NCBI GenBank assembly: GCA_963973175.1
Contig: CAXAYM010000001.1
Span: 1 to 33,062, forward strand
Direction of reading: 5' to 3'
From: an uncultured Arenimonas sp.
GTDB taxonomy: Bacteria > Pseudomonadota > Gammaproteobacteria > Xanthomonadales > Xanthomonadaceae
Length of the DNA stretch: 33,062 nucleotides
Part shown: positions 15,686-25,126 of the stretch, piece by piece
Position numbering within the stretch: the first letter of the stretch is position 1
Layout: each line of letters begins with the position of its first letter
Program-made: the position numbers and the translations under genes
Notes under the pieces: model-generated
Seen by the model: only the letters and a program-made list of their open reading frames with translations
What the model was told of the DNA's origin: nothing
Databases searched by the model: none

Positions 15686-17590
15686 TCATTCGGGACGGAC
15701 CACCGTCTCCTCGCCCGAGGCAATCATCGCCTTCAGTTCACGCGTGCCGATGCGCACGATGTAGCTGCCGGGTGCCAGGCTCAGGGCCTTGCCGCCGACC
15801 ACGCCCGAGGCTACGGCCTCATCGTCGCGCAGCACCGTGAACACGGCGGGCTGGGTGGCCTGGGAAATACCGCTGGCCAGGCCAGCGGCGTCGGTGGCGG
15901 CGAAGTAGGCGCCGTTGCCCAGCCGGGCCCATTCGCGGAACTGCTGCTCGAGCGCGAACTCGTCGATGGCGAAACCGACGATGTTGAGCGACACCTGGAA
16001 GCCCGAAGCCTTGAGTTTCGCGATGGCCGCGGCCGGGTCGCCGCCGCAGGTCTCCTCGCCATCGGTGACCAGCACCACCACGGCCCGGCCTTCGACGCCG
16101 GCCAGGTCCTCGGCAACCGCTTCCAGCGATGCGCCAATGGGGGTCTTGGCCAGGTTCTTTGCTTCGATGCCGCGCACCGTGGCCGCCAGCGCGCTGCGAT
16201 TGAGCGGCGCCAGCGGCGCCAGCAGTTCGGTGTCGCAGGCATCGGGCTTGCGGTGGCCGAAGACGCGCAGGGCCACCCGCGTGCCGTCAGCCAGTTGGTC
16301 CTGCACCAGGCTCGCGAGCGCCTTGCGGGCGATGTCGATGCGGCGCTCGTTGCCCAGGCGCTGGAGCATGCTGCCGGAAGCGTCGAGGATCAGCTCGACG
16401 GCGTCCGGACCCTGGCCTGTCGCGCCGGCAGCCGCGTCGGCCGCGTCCGGGGAGGACACGACGCGCAGCGAGCCCGGCGACGCCGCGGGCGTGACCCGAA
16501 GCGGCTGGCTGGCCAGCGTCTGGTTGCTGCGGCCGGTGAGGTAGTGCAGTTCGTAGTCGCCGGGCGTTCGCGGGGCACGCAGGTCCAGCGGGTTGCCGCG
16601 CCGGGTGTAGGTGTACTCGATGTACTTCCCGGGCTTGCCCACCTCGGTCACGGCCAGGTAGTCGAGTTCGTTGCCGGGCCCGGTCCAGCCGGCCTGGAAG
16701 GTGCTGCCGGCCTCCACGCTGGCTGGCGCCTTGACGCTGGCCTGGGCCGCTTGCACCGAGATCGGCTTGCGCGCCAGTACGCGGGTGCTGTCGGCACTGA
16801 CCAGGCGCACTTCGAATTCGCCCGGGGTTTCCGGCGCCACCAGGGTGACCGAGGGCGCGCTGGTGTAGGCAAAGTGATCGTAGGCGCCCGTGGCAGCATC
16901 CGGCGCCACCACGGTCAGGAAGTTGCGGGCGTTGTCGGGTCCGGTCCAGCCGGCCTCGAAGGAGGCACCCATGGCCACGGTCGGAGGCGCGGTGATCGTC
17001 GCTTCGCTGTCGCCGACGCGCAGCGGACGGCGCGCGAGCACCTTGTTCGTGTGGCCGGTCATGAAGCGCAATTGATAGTCACCGGGCGTGGTCGGCGTCG
17101 TCAGCGTCACCGTGCCCTTGCCGTCGCCTTCGGCGTAGGCGTAGCCCTCGTAATTGCCGTCCGCGGCATCGGCTGGCACCAGGGTGATGTATTCGCGGTT
17201 CTGGCTGGGACCTGTCCAGGTGATGGTGAAGGCCGTGCCGATGGGCTGTTCGTCCGGCGCCTGCAAAGAGGCGTTGGGCAGCACGATGCGGATCGGTCGC
17301 CGGGCCAGGGTCGGGTAGGGCGACTGGGCGTCGAGCAGGCGGACTTCGTAGTCGCCGGCGCTGGCGGGCGTACGGATCTGCAGGCGCGGCTGGCTGGTGT
17401 ATTCGTAGCTGTCGTAGCTGCCTTCGGCGGCGTCCGGCGCAACGATGGAGACGAAGGCCCTGGCATCGACATCGCCCACGACTTCGACCGTTACCTTGCT
17501 GTCCAGGTTCGCCTCGTCGGGGGCCTTGAGCTCGGCGGCGTGGGCGGCGGCGCTGGTCAGCAACAGCAGGGGCAGAAGTAGTCGTCGCAT
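15686..17590 (-). CDS. Secreted protein with four Ig-like repeats and a C-terminal VWA domain
   Basis: Signal MRRLLLPLLLLTSAAAHA. Four ~90-aa repeats (AP...WTGP...Y.Y...P..PGDY..R...LARRP). VWA MIDAS motif DASGS, plus TP and VTDGEETC. Confidence 0.88.
   Translation of the reverse strand: MRRLLLPLLLLTSAAAHAAELKAPDEANLDSKVTVEVVGDVDARAFVSIVAPDAAEGSYDSYEYTSQPRLQIRTPASAGDYEVRLLDAQSPYPTLARRPIRIVLPNASLQAPDEQPIGTAFTITWTGPSQNREYITLVPADAADGNYEGYAYAEGDGKGTVTLTTPTTPGDYQLRFMTGHTNKVLARRPLRVGDSEATITAPPTVAMGASFEAGWTGPDNARNFLTVVAPDAATGAYDHFAYTSAPSVTLVAPETPGEFEVRLVSADSTRVLARKPISVQAAQASVKAPASVEAGSTFQAGWTGPGNELDYLAVTEVGKPGKYIEYTYTRRGNPLDLRAPRTPGDYELHYLTGRSNQTLASQPLRVTPAASPGSLRVVSSPDAADAAAGATGQGPDAVELILDASGSMLQRLGNERRIDIARKALASLVQDQLADGTRVALRVFGHRKPDACDTELLAPLAPLNRSALAATVRGIEAKNLAKTPIGASLEAVAEDLAGVEGRAVVVLVTDGEETCGGDPAAAIAKLKASGFQVSLNIVGFAIDEFALEQQFREWARLGNGAYFAATDAAGLASGISQATQPAVFTVLRDDEAVASGVVGGKALSLAPGSYIVRIGTRELKAMIASGEETVVRPE
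16490..17535 (-). repeat. Four tandem ~90-aa Ig-like repeats in the VWA protein
   Basis: Recurrent WTGP, P..PG[DE][YF] and LA[RS][RKQ]P motifs at roughly 260-270 nt spacing. Boundaries are approximate. Confidence 0.85.
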
Positions 17591-17741
17591 TGGAGATGCC
17601 TGGATGCTTGGGATATCCGCGAATAATACGTAGCCCGCGCCGGGGACAGGCCAGGCGGGCCCGAACCCGCCGAGCTCCCGGGGCCGCTCGCCAGGCGCTC
17701 CCGGGGCGGGTGATAAAGTGGCGGTCGACTCCTGAACCACG

Positions 17742-18677
17742 GTGCCGAATCACGTGAATTCCACCCATTTCTATCCCATTGGCACGCCCGGCCAGCCCTG
17801 GGGCGACGAGGAGCGCGCCGCCTGGCGCGCAGCCCGGAAGCCCAGTCGGAGCTACGAGACCGACGTGCTTTCCCGTATCGAGGCGCTGCGTGCGAACACC
17901 GACGTCGTCGCCTATGCGGTGATCGACCATTCGCCCGACGGCAGCTATCCGATGTACGCCGTGCGCAGCAAGGCCTGGGACGAGACGCTTCCGACGGCGC
18001 TGGTCACCGGCGGCGTGCACGGCTACGAAACCAGCGGCGTGCACGGTGCGCTGCAGTTTCTCGAACAGCACCTGGCCGAGTACGACGGCCGCATGAACGT
18101 GCTGGTCGTGCCCTGCGTCAGCGCCTGGGCCTATGAGCGCGTGCAGCGCTGGAACCCGTTGGCCATCGACCCCAACCGCAGCTTCGTCGCGGACAGCGCC
18201 TGCGCCGAGTCGGCGGCGCTGGTCCGCCTCGTGCAGCCGCTGGCCGACAAGTTCCTCGTGCACATTGACCTGCATGAGACCACGGACACCGACGATTCCG
18301 AGTTCCGGCCCGCCAAGGCGGCGCGCGACGGCAAGACCACCTCGCCGGAGGAAATTCCCGACGGGTTCTACCTGGTCGGCGACACCGAGGACCCGCAACC
18401 CGGGTTCCAGGCCGCCATCATTGCCGCGGTGGAGAAGGTCACCCATATCGCGCCGGCCGACGGGAACGGCGAGATCATCGGCTCCAAGGTTTTGGCGCCG
18501 GGTGTGATCAACTACCCCTGCCGCGAATTGCAGCTGTGCGCCGGCATCACGCGCGCGAAATACCGCACCACCACCGAGGTTTATCCCGACAGCCCCCGCG
18601 CAACGCCCGAACAGTGCAACGATGCCCAGGTGGCGGCGGTGCGCGCCGCGCTGGATTACGCGCTGGCGCATTCCTGA
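17742..18677 (+). CDS. M14-family metallocarboxypeptidase (succinylglutamate desuccinylase/aspartoacylase-like)
   Basis: TGGVHGYE (HxxE), DPNRSF, IDLHE and TTEVYPD. The GTG start is uncertain (17742 or 17754). Confidence 0.88.
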   Translation: MPNHVNSTHFYPIGTPGQPWGDEERAAWRAARKPSRSYETDVLSRIEALRANTDVVAYAVIDHSPDGSYPMYAVRSKAWDETLPTALVTGGVHGYETSGVHGALQFLEQHLAEYDGRMNVLVVPCVSAWAYERVQRWNPLAIDPNRSFVADSACAESAALVRLVQPLADKFLVHIDLHETTDTDDSEFRPAKAARDGKTTSPEEIPDGFYLVGDTEDPQPGFQAAIIAAVEKVTHIAPADGNGEIIGSKVLAPGVINYPCRELQLCAGITRAKYRTTTEVYPDSPRATPEQCNDAQVAAVRAALDYALAHS

Positions 18678-18694
18678 CCGCAGGGCCCACCCGG

Positions 18695-18889
18695 ATGAAC
18701 ATGCATCCCGCGTTCTACTACTTCCTGCCGGCGTTCGTGCTGCTGTTCGTCTTCGTGCCCCTGACCTGGATGCGGGTGCGGGCGGGCAGGCGGCCGAACC
18801 GCTGGACCTATCTCACCTGGGTCTTCGTGGCCTTCATGTTCGCGTACTCGATCGTGATGGGCGTGGGCATCCTGCGGCAGGCGGGCTAG
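18695..18889 (+). CDS. Small 2-TM hypothetical protein
   Basis: 64 aa with two hydrophobic helices separated by an Arg-rich loop. Fills the gap between two co-oriented genes. Confidence 0.6.
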   Translation: MNMHPAFYYFLPAFVLLFVFVPLTWMRVRAGRRPNRWTYLTWVFVAFMFAYSIVMGVGILRQAG

Positions 18890-18892
18890 GGC

Positions 18893-19981
18893 TTGCGCCC
18901 GCTGTCCGCCCTGCGCGTCGCGGGACTGGCTGTGCTGCTTGTGCTCTTGGGCGCCTGCGCCACGGCGCCCAGGGGCCCCTCGGTCGATCAGGTGCAGGCC
19001 GACGTGGCCGGCCGCATTCCTGCGAACGTCGCCGACCGGCAGGGCTGGGCCAGGGATATCGCCGTGGCCCTGCAGGCGCAGCGCCTGCCGGCCAACCCCG
19101 AGAACATCTGCTCGGTGCTGGCCGTGCTGGAGCAGGAGTCTGGTTACGTGGCCGATCCCGTGGTGCCGAACCTGGCGAACGTCGCGCGCGGGGAACTCGA
19201 ACGCCGCGCGAAGGCCAAACACATCCCGCTTTTCGCCTTGAATACCGCCCTCAGGTTGCCCTCCAGCGACGGCCGCAGCTACGCCGACCGGCTGGCGGTC
19301 GTGCGCACCGAGCGCGAGCTCAGCGAGGTGTATGAGGACCTGGTCGGCCGCGTGCCCTTGGGCAAGCGCCTGTTCGAGAACTGGAACCCCGTGCAGACCG
19401 GCGGCCCGATGCAGGTATCGATCCCGTTCGCGGAGGAGAATGCCGACGATTATCCCTACGAAGTGCAGGGCAGCATCCGCCGGGAGGTATTCACCCGTCG
19501 CGGCGGCATGTACTTCGGTATCGCCCACCTGCTGGGCTATCAAACGCCCTATGTGCGCAAGGTGCACCGGTTCGCGGACTACAACGCCGGTTGGTATGCC
19601 AGCCGCAATGCCGCTTTCCAGAATGCGGTGGCGGTGGCCACGGGCCGCCAGCTCGCACTCGATGGTGACCTGCTCAATCCCGGCGCCCCGCTGGACGAGC
19701 CGGGGGAAACAGAACGTGCGGTACGGCAGCTTGCCGGCCAGCTGGGCATGGACGAGCGGGCGATCCGGCGTGCGCTGGGGCAGGGTGGCCGTCTCGAATT
19801 CAACGACAGCGCGCTGTTCCGGCAGGTTTTCGCCATCGCCGAAGGCCGCGCCGGCAAGCCGTTGCCGCGCGAGCTGCTGCCGGGCATCCGCCTCGAGAGC
19901 CCGAAGATCACCCGGGAACTGAGCACGGCCTGGTTCGCCAATCGCGTGTACGACCGCTACCGCCGCTGCCTCGCACGCTGA
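18893..19981 (+). CDS. DUF1615 (YaiW-like) lipoprotein
   Basis: Lipobox LLGAC, DR.GWA.DI, C.VLAV.EQES, NPVQTGGPMQVSI, RFADYNAGWYASRNAAFQ and SPKITR.LSTAWFA. Confidence 0.9.
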   Translation: MRPLSALRVAGLAVLLVLLGACATAPRGPSVDQVQADVAGRIPANVADRQGWARDIAVALQAQRLPANPENICSVLAVLEQESGYVADPVVPNLANVARGELERRAKAKHIPLFALNTALRLPSSDGRSYADRLAVVRTERELSEVYEDLVGRVPLGKRLFENWNPVQTGGPMQVSIPFAEENADDYPYEVQGSIRREVFTRRGGMYFGIAHLLGYQTPYVRKVHRFADYNAGWYASRNAAFQNAVAVATGRQLALDGDLLNPGAPLDEPGETERAVRQLAGQLGMDERAIRRALGQGGRLEFNDSALFRQVFAIAEGRAGKPLPRELLPGIRLESPKITRELSTAWFANRVYDRYRRCLAR

Positions 19982-20075
19982 ACGCGGGCTTGCCGCCGGC
20001 GTGCCCGGGTTCACTTCAGGGCAATACACGCGGCGCAATACTCGAGGCTCCCCCTAAAGCTTCAGGAGCCTACGC

Positions 20076-20603
20076 ATGAGCAAGAACAAGCGCATCGCGA
20101 TACTCGCCACCAACGGTTTCGAACAGTCCGAACTGATGGAGCCACGCGAGAAGCTCAAGGCTGCCGGCTTCACCGTTGACGTGGTGTCGCCCGAGTCGGG
20201 CAGCATCCGCGGCTGGAAGGGCAAGGACTGGGGCGAATCGGTCGACGTGGACGTCAAGCTGTCCAGCGCCAAGGCGCAGGACTACGACGCACTGGTGCTG
20301 CCGGGCGGCGTCATCAATCCCGACCAGCTGCGCATCAATAAAGAAGCACTGGACTTCGTCCGCAGCTTCGATGCCGAGAAGAAGCCGATCGCCGCGATCT
20401 GCCACGCGCCCTGGCTGCTCGCCGAAACCGGCATCGCCAAGGGTCGCGACCTCACGTCCTGGCCGTCCGTGCGCACCGACGTCGAGAACGCCGGTGGCCG
20501 CTGGCAGGACAAGGAAGTCGTCGTCGACGGCAACCTGATCACCAGCCGCAAGCCCGACGACATCCCGGCCTTCAACCAGGCCATCATCAGCAGCCTCGGA
20601 TAA
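20076..20603 (+). CDS. pfpI: PfpI/DJ-1 family (type 1 glutamine amidotransferase-like) stress protein
   Basis: Motifs GFEQSEL, LVLPGG..NPD.LR, nucleophile elbow AICHAPW and LITSRKPDD. AGGAG RBS. Confidence 0.92.
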   Translation: MSKNKRIAILATNGFEQSELMEPREKLKAAGFTVDVVSPESGSIRGWKGKDWGESVDVDVKLSSAKAQDYDALVLPGGVINPDQLRINKEALDFVRSFDAEKKPIAAICHAPWLLAETGIAKGRDLTSWPSVRTDVENAGGRWQDKEVVVDGNLITSRKPDDIPAFNQAIISSLG

Positions 20604-20702
20604 GGCCGCACGCGGGCCAGGGACGGCCCTGTCCGGAGCCAACCCCGGCTCCCGTTGAATCCGCGGAGCGGCGCCGTCGGGGATGGGCCGGGGAGAGGGG
20701 TC

Positions 20703-21980
20703 ATGGGACGGATGGGAGTGCTTGCCGCCGCACTGGTGGCGCTGCTGGCGGCGTGCAGCAACACGCGCTTCGAGCCTCCGCAGGTGCAGGGAGGCATCGG
20801 CCTGGTCCAGGTGGATGCCGGGCGCCAGCTTTGGGTGCTGCAGAAACAGCAGGAGGTGCGCGAGATCCGGTCCGGCTCGGGAGGACGGCGCAACAGCATT
20901 TCCACGCTGCGCAGGGACACCTTCTTCCACTTCGACGTGCAGGCCTTCGATCCCGTGAGCGTGAAGCCGCTCTGGAAGCGGCGAATCGTGACGTACAAGG
21001 ATGATGAGGTCACGCCGGGACAGGTGATTCCCTCGCGGATCATCGGCTCGGCGGTGTCGGGGCGGCTGCTCGGCCAGGACGGCGACCTGGTCTGGCTGCT
21101 GGTGGACAAGCATCCCTACGCCCTGGACGCCAGCACGGGCGCGATCGTGCACGATTCCGAAGGGATCCAGCGCCTGCGACCGGAGCTGGCGGGCCTGCTG
21201 CCGTCCGAGGGCCGGCTGTGGGGCTTCGACCAGGGCCCCGTGATTACCCTGGCCGACGCGCGGGTCGTGCGCCTTTCCGGCCCTGATCTGCAGGTCAGGG
21301 ACCATGTGCCACGGCAAGCCGCGCAGCCGCCGGTGCCGCTCAAGTCAAATGGCATGCCGCGCGTGGTTCCCCTGCGGCTGCTGACACCGCTGGTCCGGCA
21401 CAAGGTGCTGTCGGAGCAGGCGTGGCTGGCGCTGTACACCGACGACGAAGCCGCGGATGCCGTGGACGATACCTTCGGCGACCACGCCCTGTTTCCCTAT
21501 TCGATCGACGACGATGGCGCCATGGCGCGGCGCACGTTCCGGCGCATCCGCCTGGCGCCGACCCAGCGTTTCGACGAAACCTTCCTGCGGATTGTCGAAC
21601 AAGCGCCCGTGCCGGGCTCTCCGGTGCTGCTGCGCGGGCGCTTTGTCCGCGATCCGGTGACCGACGCGCCGGTCGGGCTCGACAACGAGGACCTCCTGGT
21701 CTGGCACCGCACCCGCATCGACGACGAGGGCCGGCTGCTGCTCACCCGCTTCGGCCCCGACCTGGCGGCGCGCTGGCAGGCCGAACTGCCGCTGAGTGAT
21801 GGCGGCATGGACCTGCCCGTGACTGCCTGGCACCTGGGCGACCATCTGGTCGCCTACGGCGTCGCGCAGCGCGTCGATGACGACGTCCGGATCCGCGAGC
21901 CGCATCTGGTGAGCGTGTCGCTGCGCGACGGCAAGCTGTCCGCCTGGAACCTGGGCGCGGAAGTCGCCGCCGAGCCCTGA
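20703..21980 (+). CDS. Hypothetical lipoprotein (PA2928-like family)
   Basis: Lipobox LLAAC after ATG 20703 (or 20712). Beta-rich sequence with FHFDVQAFDP and LLGQDGDLVWLL. The family name is from recall only. Confidence 0.65.
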   Translation: MGRMGVLAAALVALLAACSNTRFEPPQVQGGIGLVQVDAGRQLWVLQKQQEVREIRSGSGGRRNSISTLRRDTFFHFDVQAFDPVSVKPLWKRRIVTYKDDEVTPGQVIPSRIIGSAVSGRLLGQDGDLVWLLVDKHPYALDASTGAIVHDSEGIQRLRPELAGLLPSEGRLWGFDQGPVITLADARVVRLSGPDLQVRDHVPRQAAQPPVPLKSNGMPRVVPLRLLTPLVRHKVLSEQAWLALYTDDEAADAVDDTFGDHALFPYSIDDDGAMARRTFRRIRLAPTQRFDETFLRIVEQAPVPGSPVLLRGRFVRDPVTDAPVGLDNEDLLVWHRTRIDDEGRLLLTRFGPDLAARWQAELPLSDGGMDLPVTAWHLGDHLVAYGVAQRVDDDVRIREPHLVSVSLRDGKLSAWNLGAEVAAEP

Positions 21981-22001
21981 TCGACGGCCCCGAGGCGGGC
22001 C

Positions 22002-22652
22002 TCAGGGCTGTGGACGCGGCCCCGGTGGGAGATGGCTCGCGCGCAGGCGCCAGTCCATGGCCTTGACCAGCGCCAGCACGCCGAAATAGAAGGCGCCAAA
22101 CGCCACCACCGACTGCGGATGGCTCAGCCAGTGGCCGCCACCGCCGGGCAGGTCGGCGGCGGCCACCACCGTGCGCGTCAGCCCGAGCCGTGGCAGCGGC
22201 AGGAAGGTGGTGATGAAGACGCCGGCCAGGTAGGCCATGACGCCGATGGCCCAGTCCGACTGCAGGCGGTGGCGCCTGTCCGCGTCGGGCAGGGGCTGCA
22301 GCACCAGCGAAAGCTTGCCGGCCAGCAGCCAGCCCAGCGCCAGGAAGGGCCACCAGGCCTGGAACTGCCAGGACCAGGCGGCGATGAACACCAGGTACAA
22401 CGCACCGAAGCCCACGATCGGCTTCCAGCGCTGGCCGGCGTCGCCTTGCCGCGCCAGCACCATGCCACCCAGCATCCCGGCGGCATGCACCAGGATGAAT
22501 TCGACCAGCATCATCAACAGACCGGTGCGCAGCGCCTGCGGCCACAGCCACTGGGGCGCCACCCACAGCACGATGAAAAACCCTGCCGTCAGCGCATCCG
22601 GCAGGGCACCGACGGCGCGTAGCAGCCATGAAGCCGTGGTCCTGGCAGTCAT
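22002..22652 (-). CDS. Hypothetical integral membrane protein (~6 TM)
   Basis: Multiple hydrophobic helices (ALPDALTAGFF, MLVEFILVHA, PLPRLG). AGGAGG RBS upstream of ATG 22652. Confidence 0.75.
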   Translation of the reverse strand: MTARTTASWLLRAVGALPDALTAGFFIVLWVAPQWLWPQALRTGLLMMLVEFILVHAAGMLGGMVLARQGDAGQRWKPIVGFGALYLVFIAAWSWQFQAWWPFLALGWLLAGKLSLVLQPLPDADRRHRLQSDWAIGVMAYLAGVFITTFLPLPRLGLTRTVVAAADLPGGGGHWLSHPQSVVAFGAFYFGVLALVKAMDWRLRASHLPPGPRPQP

Positions 22653-22810
22653 CGCGACGCGTGTCCTCCTGCGGCGGGGCTGGCCAGGGATCCCGGCCGG
22701 GGCCAGTCTACGTGCCCCGCCTGGCGACCCCAACTTTCGCCATGTGCGCGAGGCCACGGGGCCTGCCATGGTGCGGGCTCGTGCCCAGCCATCCACTCCG
22801 AGAGACAGCC

Positions 22811-23953
22811 ATGACCACCCGTCGCGACCTGCTCAAGCTGGGGGCCCTCGCGGCTGCCGGCGCCGCCCTGCCGTCCTTCGCCGCTGCGCAGGCCGCCGTG
22901 GCCGGCATCCCGAAGGCGGCAAAACCGCTGAACATCCTGATCCTGGGTGGCACCGGCTTCACCGGTCCCTTCCAGGTGGCCTATGCGCTGGCGCGTGGCC
23001 ACAAGGTGACCACCTTCAACCGCGGCAAGCGTCCAGCGCTGGAGTGGGCTGACCAGGTCGAGCAGCTGGCCGGTGACCGCATCACCGGCGACCTCACGTC
23101 GCTCGAAGGCCGCAAGTGGGATGTGTGCATCGACAACCCCACCAGCCTGCCGTACTGGGTGCGCGACGCCGGCAAGGTCCTGGCCGGGAACGTCGGGCAC
23201 TACCTGTTCATCTCCACGATCTCGGTCTATGCCGATGGCAGCAAGCACGGCATCGACGAAGACTCGGCGCTGGCGCAATACACCGGCAAGGACGCGATGG
23301 CCGAGACCTGGGAAACCATGCGCGCCAACATGGAGCTCTACGGCCAGCTCAAGGCGCTCAGCGAAGCCGAGGCGCACAAGCAGTTCGGCAAGAACGTCAC
23401 CATTGTCCGCCCGGGGTATATCGTCGGCCCGAGGGACGAAACCGACCGCTTCACTTATTGGCCCAAGCGCATCGCCGAAGGCGGCGAGATCCTGGTGCCG
23501 GGCGATGGCGACGACCCGATCCAGATCATCGATGGCCGCGATCTCGGCGAATGGATGATCCGCCTTGCCGAAAACGGCACCACGGGCGTTTTCAACGCCT
23601 GCGGCCCCGACTACACGCTGACGATGGATGCCGCCGTGCACGGCTGCCATGCCGTCACCGGCGGCCCGGCCAGCTTCACCCACGTGCCGCTCGAGTTCCT
23701 GGAAAAGAACGAAGTCGGGCTGCCGATCTGGGTTCCGCGTGCCGGCTCGCAGTATTCCGGCTACGGGACCGTCAGCAATGCCCGCGCCATCGCCGCCGGG
23801 CTGACCTTCCGGCCCCTGGCGACGACGGTCGCCGACCTGCTGGCCTGGTACCGCGGGCTGCCCGCGGAACGCCAGGCCGAGGTGCGCGCGGGCATCTCCC
23901 GCGAGCGGGAGGCGGAGCTGCTCAAGGCCTGGCACGCCGGAAGCGGCGCCTGA
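22811..23953 (+). CDS. NAD-dependent epimerase/dehydratase (extended SDR) with twin-arginine signal
   Basis: MTTRRDLLKLG-hydrophobic-AxA Tat signal, GGTGFTG Rossmann motif, ISTISVY, YGQLK (YxxxK) and RPGYIVGP. Confidence 0.88.
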   Translation: MTTRRDLLKLGALAAAGAALPSFAAAQAAVAGIPKAAKPLNILILGGTGFTGPFQVAYALARGHKVTTFNRGKRPALEWADQVEQLAGDRITGDLTSLEGRKWDVCIDNPTSLPYWVRDAGKVLAGNVGHYLFISTISVYADGSKHGIDEDSALAQYTGKDAMAETWETMRANMELYGQLKALSEAEAHKQFGKNVTIVRPGYIVGPRDETDRFTYWPKRIAEGGEILVPGDGDDPIQIIDGRDLGEWMIRLAENGTTGVFNACGPDYTLTMDAAVHGCHAVTGGPASFTHVPLEFLEKNEVGLPIWVPRAGSQYSGYGTVSNARAIAAGLTFRPLATTVADLLAWYRGLPAERQAEVRAGISREREAELLKAWHAGSGA

Positions 23954-24035
23954 TCCGGCCCGGGCGCTCGCCGGTTGTCACGGGCGGGTCCTGTGGCAAA
24001 GTAAGGTCCCGTCCCGGCACTAGCGAGCGCATGGC

Positions 24036-25112
24036 ATGAGCAGATCGATCCTCGGGGTGTTGCTGGCGACCCTGTTGTCGCCGGCGCTGGCCCATGCCGC
24101 CGAACCGCGCCCCATCCCGAAGCTTTCTCCGGAAGAGGCGGCGGCTGCCGAAACCGACTACCAGCGCTACTGCGCGCTTTGCCACGGTCCCGACCGCGCC
24201 GGCCACGCCAACGACCACGCGCCGTCGCTGAAATCACAGTCCCTGCTGCGCACCGCCTTTCCCTGGCTGTTGCGCGAGTCCATCGCCTACGGTCGCCCCG
24301 GCACGCCGATGGGCGGCTACCTGGACGAGGTCGGCGGCCCGATGAGCCTGGATGACGTCCGGCGCATGGTGATCTGGCTGCATCAGCAGGGCGGCAGCCC
24401 GGAGCCCGTCCGCGTCGGCAGCGACCGCGTGGCCGGTGATGCCGGTGCAGGCGCCGCCGTGTACGCGCAGCATTGCGCCAGCTGCCACGGCGACGAGGGC
24501 GAAGGCGTCACTGCCACCGCACTGGGCAATCCGGCGATGCTGGCCACCACGCCCGACAATTTCCTGCGCTACGCGATCGAACACGGTCGCGACGGCACCC
24601 CGATGCAGGGCTTCGCCGGCACGCTGTCGCCGACGCAGATGGACAACGTCACGGCCTTCCTGCGCAGCCGCGCCACTGGCTGGAACGCCGATCCGCGCCC
24701 GCTCGTGCCGCCGCCGGCGCTGGCCGATGCCGTGCTCAACCCCGAGGGGGCTGCGCCGGAATTCGAGTTCAAGAACGGCCACTACATTGCCGCCGCCGAC
24801 CTTGACCGCATCCTGAAGGAGAAGCGCCGGATGGTGCTGCTCGACACCCGCGTCGCGTCGATGTGGCAGATCGCCCACATCGAAGGCGCGGTGCCGATTC
24901 CCTACTACAGCAATCCCGATGACGTGATCGCGGCCCTGCCGCGGGACGGCACCTGGATCATCAGTTACTGCGAGTGTCCGCGCGCTGCCGCCGATTCGGT
25001 CAACAAGTTCCTGCGCGCGGAAGGCTTCACCAACACCGCGGTGCTCTGGGAGGGCATCGGCGGCTGGGTCGCGCTGGGTTATCCGACGGCCGTGGGGCGC
25101 GCCGACAAGTAG
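24036..25112 (+). CDS. Exported diheme cytochrome c fused to a rhodanese-like domain
   Basis: Signal ending ALAHA. CALCH and CASCH, each followed by GR.GTPM. C-terminal LDTR....AHIEGAV, YCECP and LWEGIGGW are rhodanese signatures. Confidence 0.88.
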   Translation: MSRSILGVLLATLLSPALAHAAEPRPIPKLSPEEAAAAETDYQRYCALCHGPDRAGHANDHAPSLKSQSLLRTAFPWLLRESIAYGRPGTPMGGYLDEVGGPMSLDDVRRMVIWLHQQGGSPEPVRVGSDRVAGDAGAGAAVYAQHCASCHGDEGEGVTATALGNPAMLATTPDNFLRYAIEHGRDGTPMQGFAGTLSPTQMDNVTAFLRSRATGWNADPRPLVPPPALADAVLNPEGAAPEFEFKNGHYIAAADLDRILKEKRRMVLLDTRVASMWQIAHIEGAVPIPYYSNPDDVIAALPRDGTWIISYCECPRAAADSVNKFLRAEGFTNTAVLWEGIGGWVALGYPTAVGRADK

Positions 25113-25126
25113 GGTGGGGGTCGCCG

